The notes under the pieces are model-generated. The model saw nothing but the letters and a program-made list of their open reading frames with translations. It was not told where the DNA came from and did not search any database. A program made the translations under genes and the position numbers. Positions 19,234-28,662 of a stretch of 44,238 nucleotides of DNA are shown piece after piece; position 1 is the stretch's first letter, and the number at the start of each line of letters is the position of its first letter. Source of the DNA: Candidatus Xenobia bacterium (GTDB taxonomy: Bacteria > Vulcanimicrobiota > Xenobia > Xenobiales > QWHO01); contig BTUM01000066.1 of NCBI GenBank assembly GCA_045863235.1, positions 1-44,238 on the forward strand, in the 5' to 3' direction.

Positions 19234-20378
19234 GGCTGGAAGGGCAATCCGCAGGGGCAGTGATAGGCCCGCAAGGGCACCGGCTGGCGGCAGGCCCGGC
19301 AGCGCGCCAGGTCGAGCTCGTCAGCCTCCCAGGCGTAGAGGTGCAGGTGCTCCTTGCTCAGCTCGTAGGCCAGCGCCCGGCCCTTCCAGAGGGCTCCACG
19401 GAACACGCCGTCGCTCTCGCGCTGCTCGAGCGGGAGCAGAGCGCTCAGCTTGTGGTAGGGATGGGTGCCCACCAGTTTCCCGCCCAGGGCAACGAACTCG
19501 AGCCGGTTGGGCAATTCGCCCAGAAGCGAGAGGCAGCGCTCCACCTGTTCGTCCTGAGGCAGTCCGCCCACCAGGGCGGTAAAGGACTTGTTGGCGGCCA
19601 GATCCACCACCCACTGGGCGCGCGAGGCCAGGTAGTCTTCACCGGCATAGACCCGGGTTTCCACCACCATCTGCTGGTCTGTGCTGTGCAGCGGGGCATC
19701 CACGTGCACCGAGCTCGAGCGCGTGGGAATGAGCTTCCAGCGAGGCTGGTCCTCGAGCTTGAGCAGCAGCAGGCCGGAGACGGCGGGGCGCTGCCCTTCG
19801 AACACCCGGTAGCTGCCCAGAATGCCCTGCTCGACCAGGGCCAGCAGCTCCACCGCGGCCCGCGTGCCCGGCTTGCCGGGCAGCGGCCACTCGCCCCGGA
19901 CCTTGCCGGTGTCCGGCTCCATCCAGGTCAGCCAGTCGCCCAGCACGAGCAAGACCCCGTCGGGAAGCCAGGCGGCCGAGAGGCTGGTGTGGCCGGTCCG
20001 AGCCGGCCAGGGGGGATGGGCGAAGGTGCGGCTCCAGGTGGGCGCAAGGCTCGGCAGGCGGGTATCCAGCGGCTGGCTCAGCTCTTCGGTCCACTCCACC
20101 GTGCGCCGGTTGGGGTGGATGGTCAGCGTGTAGCGCCGGGCCGGCTTCTCGCGCTCCAGCGTCACCTCCAGCCGGTCGCCCTGGCGGGCGGCTGGAAGCG
20201 GCTTCTTGAGCCGCCGTCGCTCCTCCAGGAAAGGCTCGAGCAGATGGGCGCCGGCCGACCGGGTGAGCAGGGGCCGGTCGTCCAGAGTGAAGACCGAGTC
20301 CTTGTAGTGCAAGGCCGCGCTGCCGCCCGCCTCCACCGCCAGGGGCTGGTTCTTGCCCGCCAGGAGCTTCTTGAGCAT
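19230..20378 (-). CDS. Hypothetical protein with a C-terminal zinc ribbon
   Basis: Ends CRAC...HCPCG; overlaps the start of the dcuC-like gene. Confidence 0.7.
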   Translation of the reverse strand: MLKKLLAGKNQPLAVEAGGSAALHYKDSVFTLDDRPLLTRSAGAHLLEPFLEERRRLKKPLPAARQGDRLEVTLEREKPARRYTLTIHPNRRTVEWTEELSQPLDTRLPSLAPTWSRTFAHPPWPARTGHTSLSAAWLPDGVLLVLGDWLTWMEPDTGKVRGEWPLPGKPGTRAAVELLALVEQGILGSYRVFEGQRPAVSGLLLLKLEDQPRWKLIPTRSSSVHVDAPLHSTDQQMVVETRVYAGEDYLASRAQWVVDLAANKSFTALVGGLPQDEQVERCLSLLGELPNRLEFVALGGKLVGTHPYHKLSALLPLEQRESDGVFRGALWKGRALAYELSKEHLHLYAWEADELDLARCRACRQPVPLRAYHCPCGLPFQP

Positions 20379-20470
20379 GCCCGCCCCTTCGGCACGTCCA
20401 GGTTTCTTTCCTGACCTGGTATTGGCACTTCCCAAACAGGGATTGTGCTGAATCTTCCGAACAATCCCCT

Positions 20471-21082
20471 ATGAATGGTCTCCTGGGGGGGGCCGGCCTG
20501 CTGGTCGGATTGTTCCTGATTTTCCGGTTTGTGCTGCCGCGCATGCTTGCCAGCGCCAATGCCCAATCCCTTCTTTTTGTCTACGAAGCCAAGGCCAGTG
20601 TCCTGCGCGGCGCCGGGTTGGAGCTGCTTTCGATGGAGCCGATGGACGAGCCGCCCGAGGGCCAACTGGAGGGCCCCTGGGTCCGCCTGCGTTTGCGGGT
20701 TTCTCCCAGGGAGTGCAAGAAGGATGGCCTGCTCAAGTGGGCTCCCACCGATCTTGCGCTGATTCCGGCCGAGGAGGTCCGCGGCCGTCAACTGTCCATC
20801 GACCAGGTCGAGGAATCCACCGGTCCCCACGAAGTGTGCCTGGTCGAATGGGATCGAGAGCTGCAAGGCCCCGAGAACTCCTCCACGCGCACTTTCCGGT
20901 CCCCCAACAGCGGCGAGCAGGTCCCCGACAAGATCGTGGGCCCCGGCGTGGTCGAGATGGTGGCTCGTCTGCCGCGTCGGCACCAGAAGATGCGACTGCA
21001 TTACTGCCACGTTCTGGTCGGGTCGACTCTCGAGCTGGTGGGCGGGTCCCCTGTTCCAGAGCCTCTCGCAGCCGCCCGCTGA
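20471..21082 (+). CDS. Hypothetical membrane-anchored protein
   Basis: N-terminal TM helix and coding-like composition. Confidence 0.65.
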   Translation: MNGLLGGAGLLVGLFLIFRFVLPRMLASANAQSLLFVYEAKASVLRGAGLELLSMEPMDEPPEGQLEGPWVRLRLRVSPRECKKDGLLKWAPTDLALIPAEEVRGRQLSIDQVEESTGPHEVCLVEWDRELQGPENSSTRTFRSPNSGEQVPDKIVGPGVVEMVARLPRRHQKMRLHYCHVLVGSTLELVGGSPVPEPLAAAR

Positions 21083-21084
21083 GC

Positions 21085-22071
21085 CTATCCCAGAATCTCG
21101 CCCAGCCGCCCGCTGACCAGCACCCCCCCCAGCGCGTCGGCCACGGCCGGATGGTGGCTGTCCTCGTGGCGGTGCAAGAAGCCTTCCACGTCACTCCAGG
21201 ATTGGGGTTCCTCGGCCAGGTGCTCGGCCAGGGCCAGTACCCAGGCCTCGATGGGCACCTCGTCGCCCTTGCGGCCGTGGGGGAAGCCCGAGCCGTCGTA
21301 GCGCTCGTGATGAGCTTCCACGATGGGAGCCAGCTCGCGCAGCACCCGGCCCGAGCGGAGGAACTCGGCCCCGGCGACGGGGTGGCCCTTCTCCACGTCG
21401 CCCTCGAGCTGACCGGCCAGCACCAGCTTGCCCACGTCGTGATACAGCGCGCTGCGCCAGATCAGGTTGCGCGACTGGGCCGACAGGTCCATCAGCGTGG
21501 CCAGCTCGGTGGCCAGCCGAGCCACCCGCATCGTGTGGCCTCGCCTGCCCGGGGTCAGGCTCTCGCTGGCCCCCACCAGCAGATCCTCCACCCGCTGGGC
21601 GTAGGCCACCTGGTCTTCGGTGCGGCGGATGAACTCCCAGGCCACTCCGGCCGCCCGACCCAGGTGAAAGAGAGCCTCGGCGGTGGGTCGGTCGGGATCC
21701 TGGGGCAGGCCGACCACCACCAGCACCCCCACCAGGGCGCCGTAGAGCATCACCGGGATGCCCACGTTGACGGGGCCGGTGGTGCCCAGCCCGGGCACGG
21801 GCAGCCCGCGCCGGTCGAGGGTCAGCTCGAGATAAAGGGCCACACGGCCGGGCAGGGTCTCTTCGCCGAGAGGGATCTGGGTCTGGCTTTCCCAGGGGCG
21901 CATCAGCATGCCGACCTCGTTGCGGAAGCGGAAGAAGCGGGCCTGTCCCTGGCCGAGACACTCGACCGCCAGTTGCTCGAGATCGCGGGCAAAGGTCTCG
22001 CGGTTTCGGGCCAGCGAGAGCTGCTGCACAACCGAGAGCGGGTCGGCGCTGAGCCTGGCGGTGGTGGACAT
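21085..22071 (-). CDS. HD-GYP domain protein (cyclic-dinucleotide phosphodiesterase-like) with a GAF-like N-terminus
   Basis: Motifs GHTMRVA, YHDVGKL and HHERYDGSGFP. Confidence 0.9.
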   Translation of the reverse strand: MSTTARLSADPLSVVQQLSLARNRETFARDLEQLAVECLGQGQARFFRFRNEVGMLMRPWESQTQIPLGEETLPGRVALYLELTLDRRGLPVPGLGTTGPVNVGIPVMLYGALVGVLVVVGLPQDPDRPTAEALFHLGRAAGVAWEFIRRTEDQVAYAQRVEDLLVGASESLTPGRRGHTMRVARLATELATLMDLSAQSRNLIWRSALYHDVGKLVLAGQLEGDVEKGHPVAGAEFLRSGRVLRELAPIVEAHHERYDGSGFPHGRKGDEVPIEAWVLALAEHLAEEPQSWSDVEGFLHRHEDSHHPAVADALGGVLVSGRLGEILG

Positions 22072-22080
22072 GAGGCCTCC

Positions 22081-23319
22081 TTACATCTGGGCTTGCTGGC
22101 CGGTCGAGATGCCCAGAATGGGCAAGAGCACGCCCATCACGAACATCCCGACCACGCCGCCCACGACCACCATCATGGCCGGCTCGAGCACCGCCGTCAT
22201 GGCGGCGATCGTGGCGTCGATCTCGGCTTCGTAGTAGTCGGCCACCCTTTCGAACATCTCGGGCAGAGAGCCTGCCTCCTCCCCGATGGCCGCCATCTGC
22301 ACCATCAGGTCGGGAAAGATCTTGACCGACTCCAGCGTGTCCGAGATGCGGTCGCCATCCTGGATGCGGCTGGCCACCACCGACAGCGAGCGGGCCACCA
22401 CCAGGTTGCCGGCCGAGCCGGCCACCAGCGACAGGCTCTGCAGGAGCGGCACGCCGGATTTGAGCAGCTCGGAGAAGGCCCTGGCAAAGCGAGCCGAGGC
22501 CCCCTGCTGCACCAGGTCGTGGAAGAAGGGCACGTAGTACTTGCAGTAGTCGATCGTATAGCGTCCGGTGGGCGTCTTGCGGAAGAAGTGGAAGGCCACC
22601 CCCAGCACCAGGATCGCCACCAGCGTGAGGGCGATATTCTGGCCCGAGGAAACGAATCTGGAGGCCTGCATCAGCAGGTGGGTGAGGGGGTAATCGGCCG
22701 CGATGTTGAGCTTGGAGTCCTCGAACATGGGGGTGAAGAGGGGCATCAAGAAGGCTACCAGGGCGTAGGAAAGCACGCTGGTGAAGATCAGGATGAACAT
22801 CGGATAAGCCAGCGCCGAGGCGATCTTGCGCCGCACGGCCGCTTCCTTCTCCATCATCAAGGCCAGGCGGGCCACCGTCTCGGGCAGGTTGCCGCCCGCC
22901 TCGCCCACCCGCACCAGGTTGAGATACATCTCGTCGAACACCCGGGGGTGGTTGGCCAGGGCCTCGCTGAAGCGAGCGCCCTTTTGCAGATCCTGGCTCA
23001 CCTGGTCGAGCACCCGGCGCAGGCTCGGGCTCGAGTTGCGCCGGCGCAGCACGTGAATGATGCGCAAGAGCGAGAGGCCCGCCGCCAGGGTGGTGGCCAG
23101 CTGCCGGGTGAAGATCATCAGGACCTTTTGCGAAACGCCGAAGTCGAGGCCGAGCTGCTTCTCCTCGCTCTTGCGCGAGGCTTCCACCTCGGCCACCTCC
23201 AGCACGGTCAGGCCCTTGGCCTTCAGGTCTGCGAGCAGGGCGTGGTGGTCGTGGGCGCTGGTTTCGCCTTGCTGGGGTTTGCCCTGGGCGTCCACCGCCT
23301 TGTATTTGAATCGAGCCAT
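22081..23319 (-). CDS. pilC: Type IV pilus / type II secretion platform protein (PilC/GspF)
   Basis: Motifs FKYKAVD, FTRQLATTLAAGL, GEAGGNL, ALAYP, GEEAGSL and LEP. Confidence 0.92.
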   Translation of the reverse strand: MARFKYKAVDAQGKPQQGETSAHDHHALLADLKAKGLTVLEVAEVEASRKSEEKQLGLDFGVSQKVLMIFTRQLATTLAAGLSLLRIIHVLRRRNSSPSLRRVLDQVSQDLQKGARFSEALANHPRVFDEMYLNLVRVGEAGGNLPETVARLALMMEKEAAVRRKIASALAYPMFILIFTSVLSYALVAFLMPLFTPMFEDSKLNIAADYPLTHLLMQASRFVSSGQNIALTLVAILVLGVAFHFFRKTPTGRYTIDYCKYYVPFFHDLVQQGASARFARAFSELLKSGVPLLQSLSLVAGSAGNLVVARSLSVVASRIQDGDRISDTLESVKIFPDLMVQMAAIGEEAGSLPEMFERVADYYEAEIDATIAAMTAVLEPAMMVVVGGVVGMFVMGVLLPILGISTGQQAQM

Positions 23320-23331
23320 GACAGCTTCCCT

Positions 23332-23760
23332 TCAGCGCACGGTGTAGGTGGTGGTTGCCTGGCCGAAGGGGCCGGCTCCCTCCAGGAGGCCTTTCCAGCC
23401 GGTCGGCTCGCCCAGCTCGGGACGTTTCGTGGTCACCACCGCCTGCAGCCATTCCCGGCCGGACGGGCCCGTTTGCTCGAGCAACTGCCCGGAGTTGTCG
23501 CGTATTTGCAGAGTCTGTCCTGCATAGATCCGATCGTAGCTCGAGAACGTGCTGGGAACTGCGATCCGGGTCACACCCTCAGAATCGGTCCAGAGCAGGG
23601 TCAGATACCCGGTGATCTGGCTCTTGACCGAGATGGTCATGCGCTCGCCGATGGCGTACTCGCTCTTGTCGGTCTTCAACTTGACGGCCAGGGTGGCGCC
23701 TTCCAGGGGCAGCTGGGCCGTGGCCAGAGCGGTCAACAAGAGGCAGAGCAAAACTCTCAT
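23332..23760 (-). CDS. Secreted DUF4384-like protein
   Basis: Signal peptide; TDKSEYAIGERMTISV...GYLTL...GPSGREWLQAVVT. Confidence 0.8.
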   Translation of the reverse strand: MRVLLCLLLTALATAQLPLEGATLAVKLKTDKSEYAIGERMTISVKSQITGYLTLLWTDSEGVTRIAVPSTFSSYDRIYAGQTLQIRDNSGQLLEQTGPSGREWLQAVVTTKRPELGEPTGWKGLLEGAGPFGQATTTYTVR

Positions 23761-24863
23761 GCTTTTCGCCTGGGCAGGGCCACGGAGCCCACCACCACGC
23801 GCTCGCCGTCGGACACCACCTGGGCCGAGGAGGTGTCTGCCAGGCGAGGGGGCGTCAGGGTCAGGCGGTGGACGTTACCGCCCTCATCGGCCACCAGCGC
23901 TCCCTCCTCCAGGGCCAGGGGCGGGGCCAGACCGGGCCCTGGCTGGAAACTGGCCTGAGGCTGGCCGGCCTCGGTGGTGAGGGCGTAGACCGTGCTCTCG
24001 CTGCCCAGGAATGTGGCGCCGCTGGCGTCGCTGACCGGAGGAGTCTCCAGCTTCTCGGGGAGCTTGCGGCTCCAGACGGGCTGTCCGTCCGCGTCGAGGC
24101 GCAGCACGGTCTCCCCCGAGCGCACCACGCCCTCGGGGTTGATCTGGGGTGTGACGCTGCCGGGACGGTGGCTCCAGAGTTTCCCCCCGGTCTTCGGGTC
24201 AAGGGCCAGCACGTCTCCGAACATGCGGGGCACGAACACGGTGCCCTCGGGGCTGGTGGCCAGCTTCCCCAGGTAGTCGCCCACCGGGTAACGCCAGGGG
24301 CTCTTGCCGTCCGGCTCATAGCAGTGCAGCACGTGGTCGTTGCCGTTGAAGAAGTAGAGATTGCCCTCCGGCCCTCCCCCCAGCGGTCCGCGAATGATCA
24401 CCTGACCCATCAAGGGACGCTCGAAGCGCGAGACCCCGGTGCGGCTGTCCAGGTTCACGATCAGTCCGATCTCGTGACGACTGATCAGGCCCAGCGTGTG
24501 ATTGCCGGCCAGGATGGGGGGATCCGACAATCGTCCACGCACCTCACGCTCCCAGCGCGGGTTGCCCTCGGGGTCCAGGCTGCTCACGCGGCCCTCGCGC
24601 GCGGCCAGGTAGAGGTTGCCCTCGGGATCGACCAGGGGAGGGTGCAGCTCGCCCTCCAGCTTGCGCGTCCAGCGCAGCGTGCCGTCGCTGTGGCGCGCGG
24701 TCAAGGTTCCGTCCGGCTCCAGGGCGTAGGAGGAGCCGCCCGGTCCGGCTACCAGCGTAGCTCGGGCCGGTCCGGGATGGCTCTCGGCCGGCTCCAGGCG
24801 CGGGTAGTCCCCGCCCAGGAGGTAGTGGGCCGTTCCCTGGAAGGAGGCGCGAACAGGCAGCAT
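23757..24863 (-). CDS. PQQ-like (BamB-type) beta-propeller protein with the shared C-terminal motif
   Basis: Repeated LDPxGxxRW blades; no signal peptide; ends QVVSDGERVVVGSVALPRRKA. Confidence 0.85.
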   Translation of the reverse strand: MLPVRASFQGTAHYLLGGDYPRLEPAESHPGPARATLVAGPGGSSYALEPDGTLTARHSDGTLRWTRKLEGELHPPLVDPEGNLYLAAREGRVSSLDPEGNPRWEREVRGRLSDPPILAGNHTLGLISRHEIGLIVNLDSRTGVSRFERPLMGQVIIRGPLGGGPEGNLYFFNGNDHVLHCYEPDGKSPWRYPVGDYLGKLATSPEGTVFVPRMFGDVLALDPKTGGKLWSHRPGSVTPQINPEGVVRSGETVLRLDADGQPVWSRKLPEKLETPPVSDASGATFLGSESTVYALTTEAGQPQASFQPGPGLAPPLALEEGALVADEGGNVHRLTLTPPRLADTSSAQVVSDGERVVVGSVALPRRKA

Positions 24864-24902
24864 CCTTCTCAGGCTAGGGGGAGGGGCTGAAGGATGTCTG
24901 AA
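24864..24902 (-). promoter_or_regulatory. Shared heptamer-repeat promoter, site 1
   Basis: TTCAGAC-atcc-TTCAGCC-cctccccc-TAGCCT-gagaagg-ATG. Confidence 0.75.
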
Positions 24903-24912
24903 TGACCTGCGA

Positions 24913-24941
24913 TTGACGGAGGCAGGGGGTCATAGTACAAT
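24913..24941 (+). promoter_or_regulatory. Sigma70 promoter of the vapBC operon
   Basis: TTGACG-N17-TACAAT, 7 nt before the ATG at 24949. Confidence 0.85.
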
Positions 24942-24948
24942 TTGCACT

Positions 24949-25188
24949 ATGAAAGCCATATCGATTTCCGTATCGGAGTCGGACTACGAAGCCTTCCGTG
25001 TCTACGCAGCTCGTCATGATCGCTCGATAGCCGAGTTGATCCGGGAGGCGATGGCGTTGTACCGCAAGGAAAGGCTCACGCCTATGGAGCGGTTGGAACG
25101 AATCCCCGTGGTCCACGGGCTGAAGCCACTCGGGCCTCTCCCAACCAGAGAAGACATCTATGATGAGATCACCTCGCGGCATTTCTGA
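24949..25188 (+). CDS. RHH/CopG antitoxin (VapB-like)
   Basis: MKAISISVSESDYEAF...RSIAELIREAM; coupled to the downstream PIN gene. Confidence 0.85.
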   Translation: MKAISISVSESDYEAFRVYAARHDRSIAELIREAMALYRKERLTPMERLERIPVVHGLKPLGPLPTREDIYDEITSRHF

Positions 25189-25643
25189 TGTCCGACATCG
25201 TGGTCGACGCGAACATTCTCATCTACGCGCGGGTATCGGACTTTCCCGAGCACGAGTCGGCCCGGCGCGCGCTTGAGGCTGCGCTGGTGGATGCAACGGG
25301 GCGCGTCGTCCTGACGGTTGGTATCTTGCACGAGGTTCTGCACATCCTTACGGATGGCCGACGTTTTGGCAATCCGATGTCGATGGCAGATGGGATCGAT
25401 TTCATACGCACTTACCTTGGTCGGACCAACATTGCCGTTCTGCCCACCCAGGAAGTCGACCTGGAGAACGCCCTGTCCCTCGTGGAGCAGTTTCGCCTCG
25501 GCAGAGGACGAATCTCGGACGCCCTGCTTGCAGCCACTGCCCGCCGCTACGGAATCCGCCGTCTGATGACCCACAATGTGCGCGACTTCGCCGTCTTCCC
25601 CTTTCTGGAGGTCATCGACCCGATCGTTCCTACCGCCGGATAG
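25188..25643 (+). CDS. vapC: VapC PIN-domain toxin
   Basis: Motifs VVDANILIYA, E, DALLAATA and THNVRDF. Confidence 0.9.
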   Translation: MSDIVVDANILIYARVSDFPEHESARRALEAALVDATGRVVLTVGILHEVLHILTDGRRFGNPMSMADGIDFIRTYLGRTNIAVLPTQEVDLENALSLVEQFRLGRGRISDALLAATARRYGIRRLMTHNVRDFAVFPFLEVIDPIVPTAG

Positions 25644-25746
25644 GGCGGACGTTTCGGAAGAGACTGTAGTCTGCCGGCAACGTGCGGCCTTGCCCCCTGA
25701 CACCCCCGAGATGCAGAGGAGACCGCCCTGTGGTTGACTGCCTCGC

Positions 25747-26532
25747 ATGGACGCAATCCGCTATCGACCCTTGAACGACTGGTGGCAGTCCGACGGACGC
25801 CGCTTCGACTCCACCTCCGAACTGCTGGCGGCTGACCTGCCCGAAGGCGCTGCCGCGACCTATCACTTTCAAGACCAGCCCGACACCGATACAGCCGTCG
25901 TCCCGGGCTCTCTGAGGGAGGTTGCCGGGCACCTCTTCTTTGCCCCCGCCCAGAGCCCGGACCTGGTCGACCTTTCGCTCTACCAGGCTGCTGAGCAACC
26001 GCCCGAGCCTGAGCTCCCGCCCCGGCCGGTCTGGCAAGACCGCCTGGAGGGAGCGGCGGCCGGGGCGGCCCTTCCGGTCAGCACTCTGATTCCCATTGTC
26101 GGGGTCTTTCTGCCCGCCAGCATGGGCGCCGGTGTCGGCAAAAGGGTGGGCGGCCGGAAGGGCGGCCTGGTGGGCGCGGCCACCGGGGTCGCCGCCACGG
26201 TGGGAACGGTGGTGCTCGGTCAGGCCGGGCTGTTGGGGCTGGCCGCCGCCGGCGCCTTGAGCGCCGCCGCCGGAGCCGTGGCCGGGCCCCTGCTCGTCCC
26301 CAGGATGCGTCGCTGGTCGGCTCACGTCGAGCAGGTCAAGGACCAGTGGTGGGCCCCCTACTGCCAGGACTACGATCTCAAGCCTCCGGCCACCGACCCG
26401 ACCCGACGCCAGGTGGTGGAGATGGCCGCGGCAAGCCAGCCGGCCGGTACCGGGGTGGTGGAGGAGGAGGATCGGGTCCAGGTGGGGGGAGTCTGGATCA
26501 AGCGGCAGGCTGATGCAAAGCCGGCTGGGTAG
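25747..26532 (+). CDS. Hypothetical glycine-zipper membrane protein with the shared C-terminal motif
   Basis: Central Gly/Ala hydrophobic stretch; ends GVVEEEDRVQVGGVWIKRQADAKPAG. Confidence 0.8.
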   Translation: MDAIRYRPLNDWWQSDGRRFDSTSELLAADLPEGAAATYHFQDQPDTDTAVVPGSLREVAGHLFFAPAQSPDLVDLSLYQAAEQPPEPELPPRPVWQDRLEGAAAGAALPVSTLIPIVGVFLPASMGAGVGKRVGGRKGGLVGAATGVAATVGTVVLGQAGLLGLAAAGALSAAAGAVAGPLLVPRMRRWSAHVEQVKDQWWAPYCQDYDLKPPATDPTRRQVVEMAAASQPAGTGVVEEEDRVQVGGVWIKRQADAKPAG

Positions 26533-26610
26533 TTCACCTTCCGGTAACAACCTGGTCTCGTGGTCGTGTTTGAGTGGGGGCAAGAAACTGACCCCACAAG
26601 CGAGGATCCA

Positions 26611-26901
26611 ATGCACGAACCAATTGAGCTGGTTGCCCTGGTGGGCAGCCAGAAGGTGACCAATGTCCGCATGTCGAGCCACGGCGTGCTGGCTTCCGAC
26701 CAGGCCCGGCGGGTCTGGGGGCGCAGCGATCACAGTCTGCTTTCCGAGGAGGCTCTCTCCTCGGTCGAGGGCGGAGCCTCCCTGCAGTTCATCGAGGCTC
26801 TGCGCAGCACCCTCGGCAGCGACCTGGAGGCCCGCGGGCGCCGGCAGCGCCGGCGCACTCCCTCCTGGAGAGTTCCTCGAGACTTCAGCCGGCCATCTTG
26901 A
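26611..26901 (+). CDS. Small hypothetical protein
   Basis: GAGGA precedes the ATG; no recognisable motif. Confidence 0.4.
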   Translation: MHEPIELVALVGSQKVTNVRMSSHGVLASDQARRVWGRSDHSLLSEEALSSVEGGASLQFIEALRSTLGSDLEARGRRQRRRTPSWRVPRDFSRPS

Positions 26902-28546
26902 AGGCCAGAGCCGCGCCAGCCAGGTAAGCCTGCTCGAACTGGGCCACCAGGTCCGGACTCTCGCCCCGCAGGGCCGCCTGCCCGGCCTCGCTGGCCACCT
27001 GGGCCTGGGGGGCGGGCTCGAGCCCGCGGGCCTTCTCGAGCAGGGCGGCATTCTCGCCGGCCGGCTGCTTGAGGGTGTGCACCAGCACGGCGTCCACCGC
27101 TCCGGCCAGCATTCCGAACTGAAGAACCTGCACGGCTGTCTCCAGGCCCACCTTGCCCAGGGCCGGGGCGACTCCGGCCCGCAACTGCCCGGCCGCCTGG
27201 GAGAGCTCGCTGACCGACTGCTCGGGCGAGCCTTTGGCCTGCTTGAGCACATTGGCGAGCTGCTCGTGGGTGCCGGACAGGTGCTTCATGCCGGCCTGCT
27301 CGAGCTGGGGGTTGATCCCCCCGAGCTGCCCGGCCACCTCGGCCATCTCGGCCATCAGCTTGAAGAGCGCCGGATCCTGCGCCTGCAAGCGGTCGGGCTG
27401 CAGGTGGAAGTAGGCGAAACCCTCGGCCAGGTACTCCTTGAGGTTGGCCCGCGAGTAGTTGCTGATGGCCTGTGGGGCGGTGTGGTAGGCCCGGTCGAGC
27501 CGCGTCTTGAAGCTCTCATACCACTCGGGGGCGCGGCGGGCCAGGAAGATTTCCAGGGCGTGCCCCAATTCGTGCACCGGGGTCTTGCTGCCGGTGGCCC
27601 GATCGCGAACCGCAACCTTGTTGGCGTCGTAGAACAGCTGGCCGTTGAACTGCTCGTCCTCGGAGCTGTTGAGGTCGGTGACCCGGCCGGCGTCCTGGTG
27701 CCAGAAGAACAGGCTGCCCACATCGTGCTCGTCGAGCAGCTGCCGGTTCTCGTCGCTTCCGTAGAAGTAGAGCGCGGGAACCAGGATGGTATGCTTGAGG
27801 GGATCGATGGCCAGCTGCTCGTCTCGCTCGGGTCGCAGGCTCTCGGGCAACGCCTGACGCACTTCGTTCTGGGCTTCCTGCAGGCGCGACCCGTTGATGG
27901 CCGCCACCAGCTCGTAGAACGTCTGCTTCTCTTCCGGGGTGCGGGCTCCGTGCACGATGGCCATGCCCTCGAGGCTGACCGAGTCGCGATTGAGGGCCGA
28001 GTCGACCGGGGCCCCCGGATAGAGAGCCCGGTGGGGATGGGCGTTGTAGACCGTCAGCGGGATCTGGTTTCCGGTCAGGACCGAGGCCAGCCAGTTGCGA
28101 TTCTGGCGGCGCAGCTCAGCGGCCTGCTCGGGTTTATCGGCGCCGGCCAGCTGGCCGCGCCACTCCGAGCGCATCTCGTGCAGTGCGGCGGCCTTCTCGC
28201 TCAATTCGCCCAGCCGGGCCTGGTAGGCCTCAAGATTCTGATTGCGCAGCAGGCCCACCTCGCCCAGCTCGTCGCCCGGATGCAGGGTGACGAATTGCAG
28301 CCCCTCCTGCTGGGCCAGCCGCAGGGCTCCGGTGCCCACCTTGGAGAGCTCGCGCTCCAGGCCCACCTGGTCTTCGGGGCGAGTGGTTCTCTCGTCCAGC
28401 ATCAGCTGCACCAGCTCGCGGCGGCGGGCCCCGATGGGGTCTTGAACGGCGCTCTCGAAACGGTCGCTCGGGCTGGAGGCGGCCGCCTGGGGGCGACCCG
28501 CCAGGAGGGTGGAGACCGGGCTCAGGCTGCTGACTTGCAGGTTCAT
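26885..28546 (-). CDS. Zinc metalloprotease of the anthrax lethal factor / Pro-Pro endopeptidase type; effector-like
   Basis: HELGH followed by NYSRANLKEYLAEGFAYF; low-complexity N-terminus; start chosen from the promoter position. Confidence 0.8.
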   Translation of the reverse strand: MNLQVSSLSPVSTLLAGRPQAAASSPSDRFESAVQDPIGARRRELVQLMLDERTTRPEDQVGLERELSKVGTGALRLAQQEGLQFVTLHPGDELGEVGLLRNQNLEAYQARLGELSEKAAALHEMRSEWRGQLAGADKPEQAAELRRQNRNWLASVLTGNQIPLTVYNAHPHRALYPGAPVDSALNRDSVSLEGMAIVHGARTPEEKQTFYELVAAINGSRLQEAQNEVRQALPESLRPERDEQLAIDPLKHTILVPALYFYGSDENRQLLDEHDVGSLFFWHQDAGRVTDLNSSEDEQFNGQLFYDANKVAVRDRATGSKTPVHELGHALEIFLARRAPEWYESFKTRLDRAYHTAPQAISNYSRANLKEYLAEGFAYFHLQPDRLQAQDPALFKLMAEMAEVAGQLGGINPQLEQAGMKHLSGTHEQLANVLKQAKGSPEQSVSELSQAAGQLRAGVAPALGKVGLETAVQVLQFGMLAGAVDAVLVHTLKQPAGENAALLEKARGLEPAPQAQVASEAGQAALRGESPDLVAQFEQAYLAGAALAFKMAG

Positions 28547-28585
28547 CAGCTGAAGAATACCGCCACAGGCTGAAAAGGGGCTGAA
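28547..28585 (-). promoter_or_regulatory. Shared heptamer-repeat promoter, site 2
   Basis: TTCAGCC-cctt-TTCAGCC-tgtggcgg-TATTCT-tcagctg-ATG. Confidence 0.75.
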
Positions 28586-28662
28586 CTTCACGGGAGGCAT
28601 CCAGTGACCGGGACGAGAAAGCGAGGGAACCTCACGGCCCCAGGAAAGGAACCTTCATCCGG

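Noticed and set aside
20713..23958. 1081-aa plus-strand ORF and similar long ORFs (7137-9482, 10155-12155, 26663-28573, 41955-43913)
   Set aside because: These are antisense shadows of well-supported genes, as expected in high-GC DNA.
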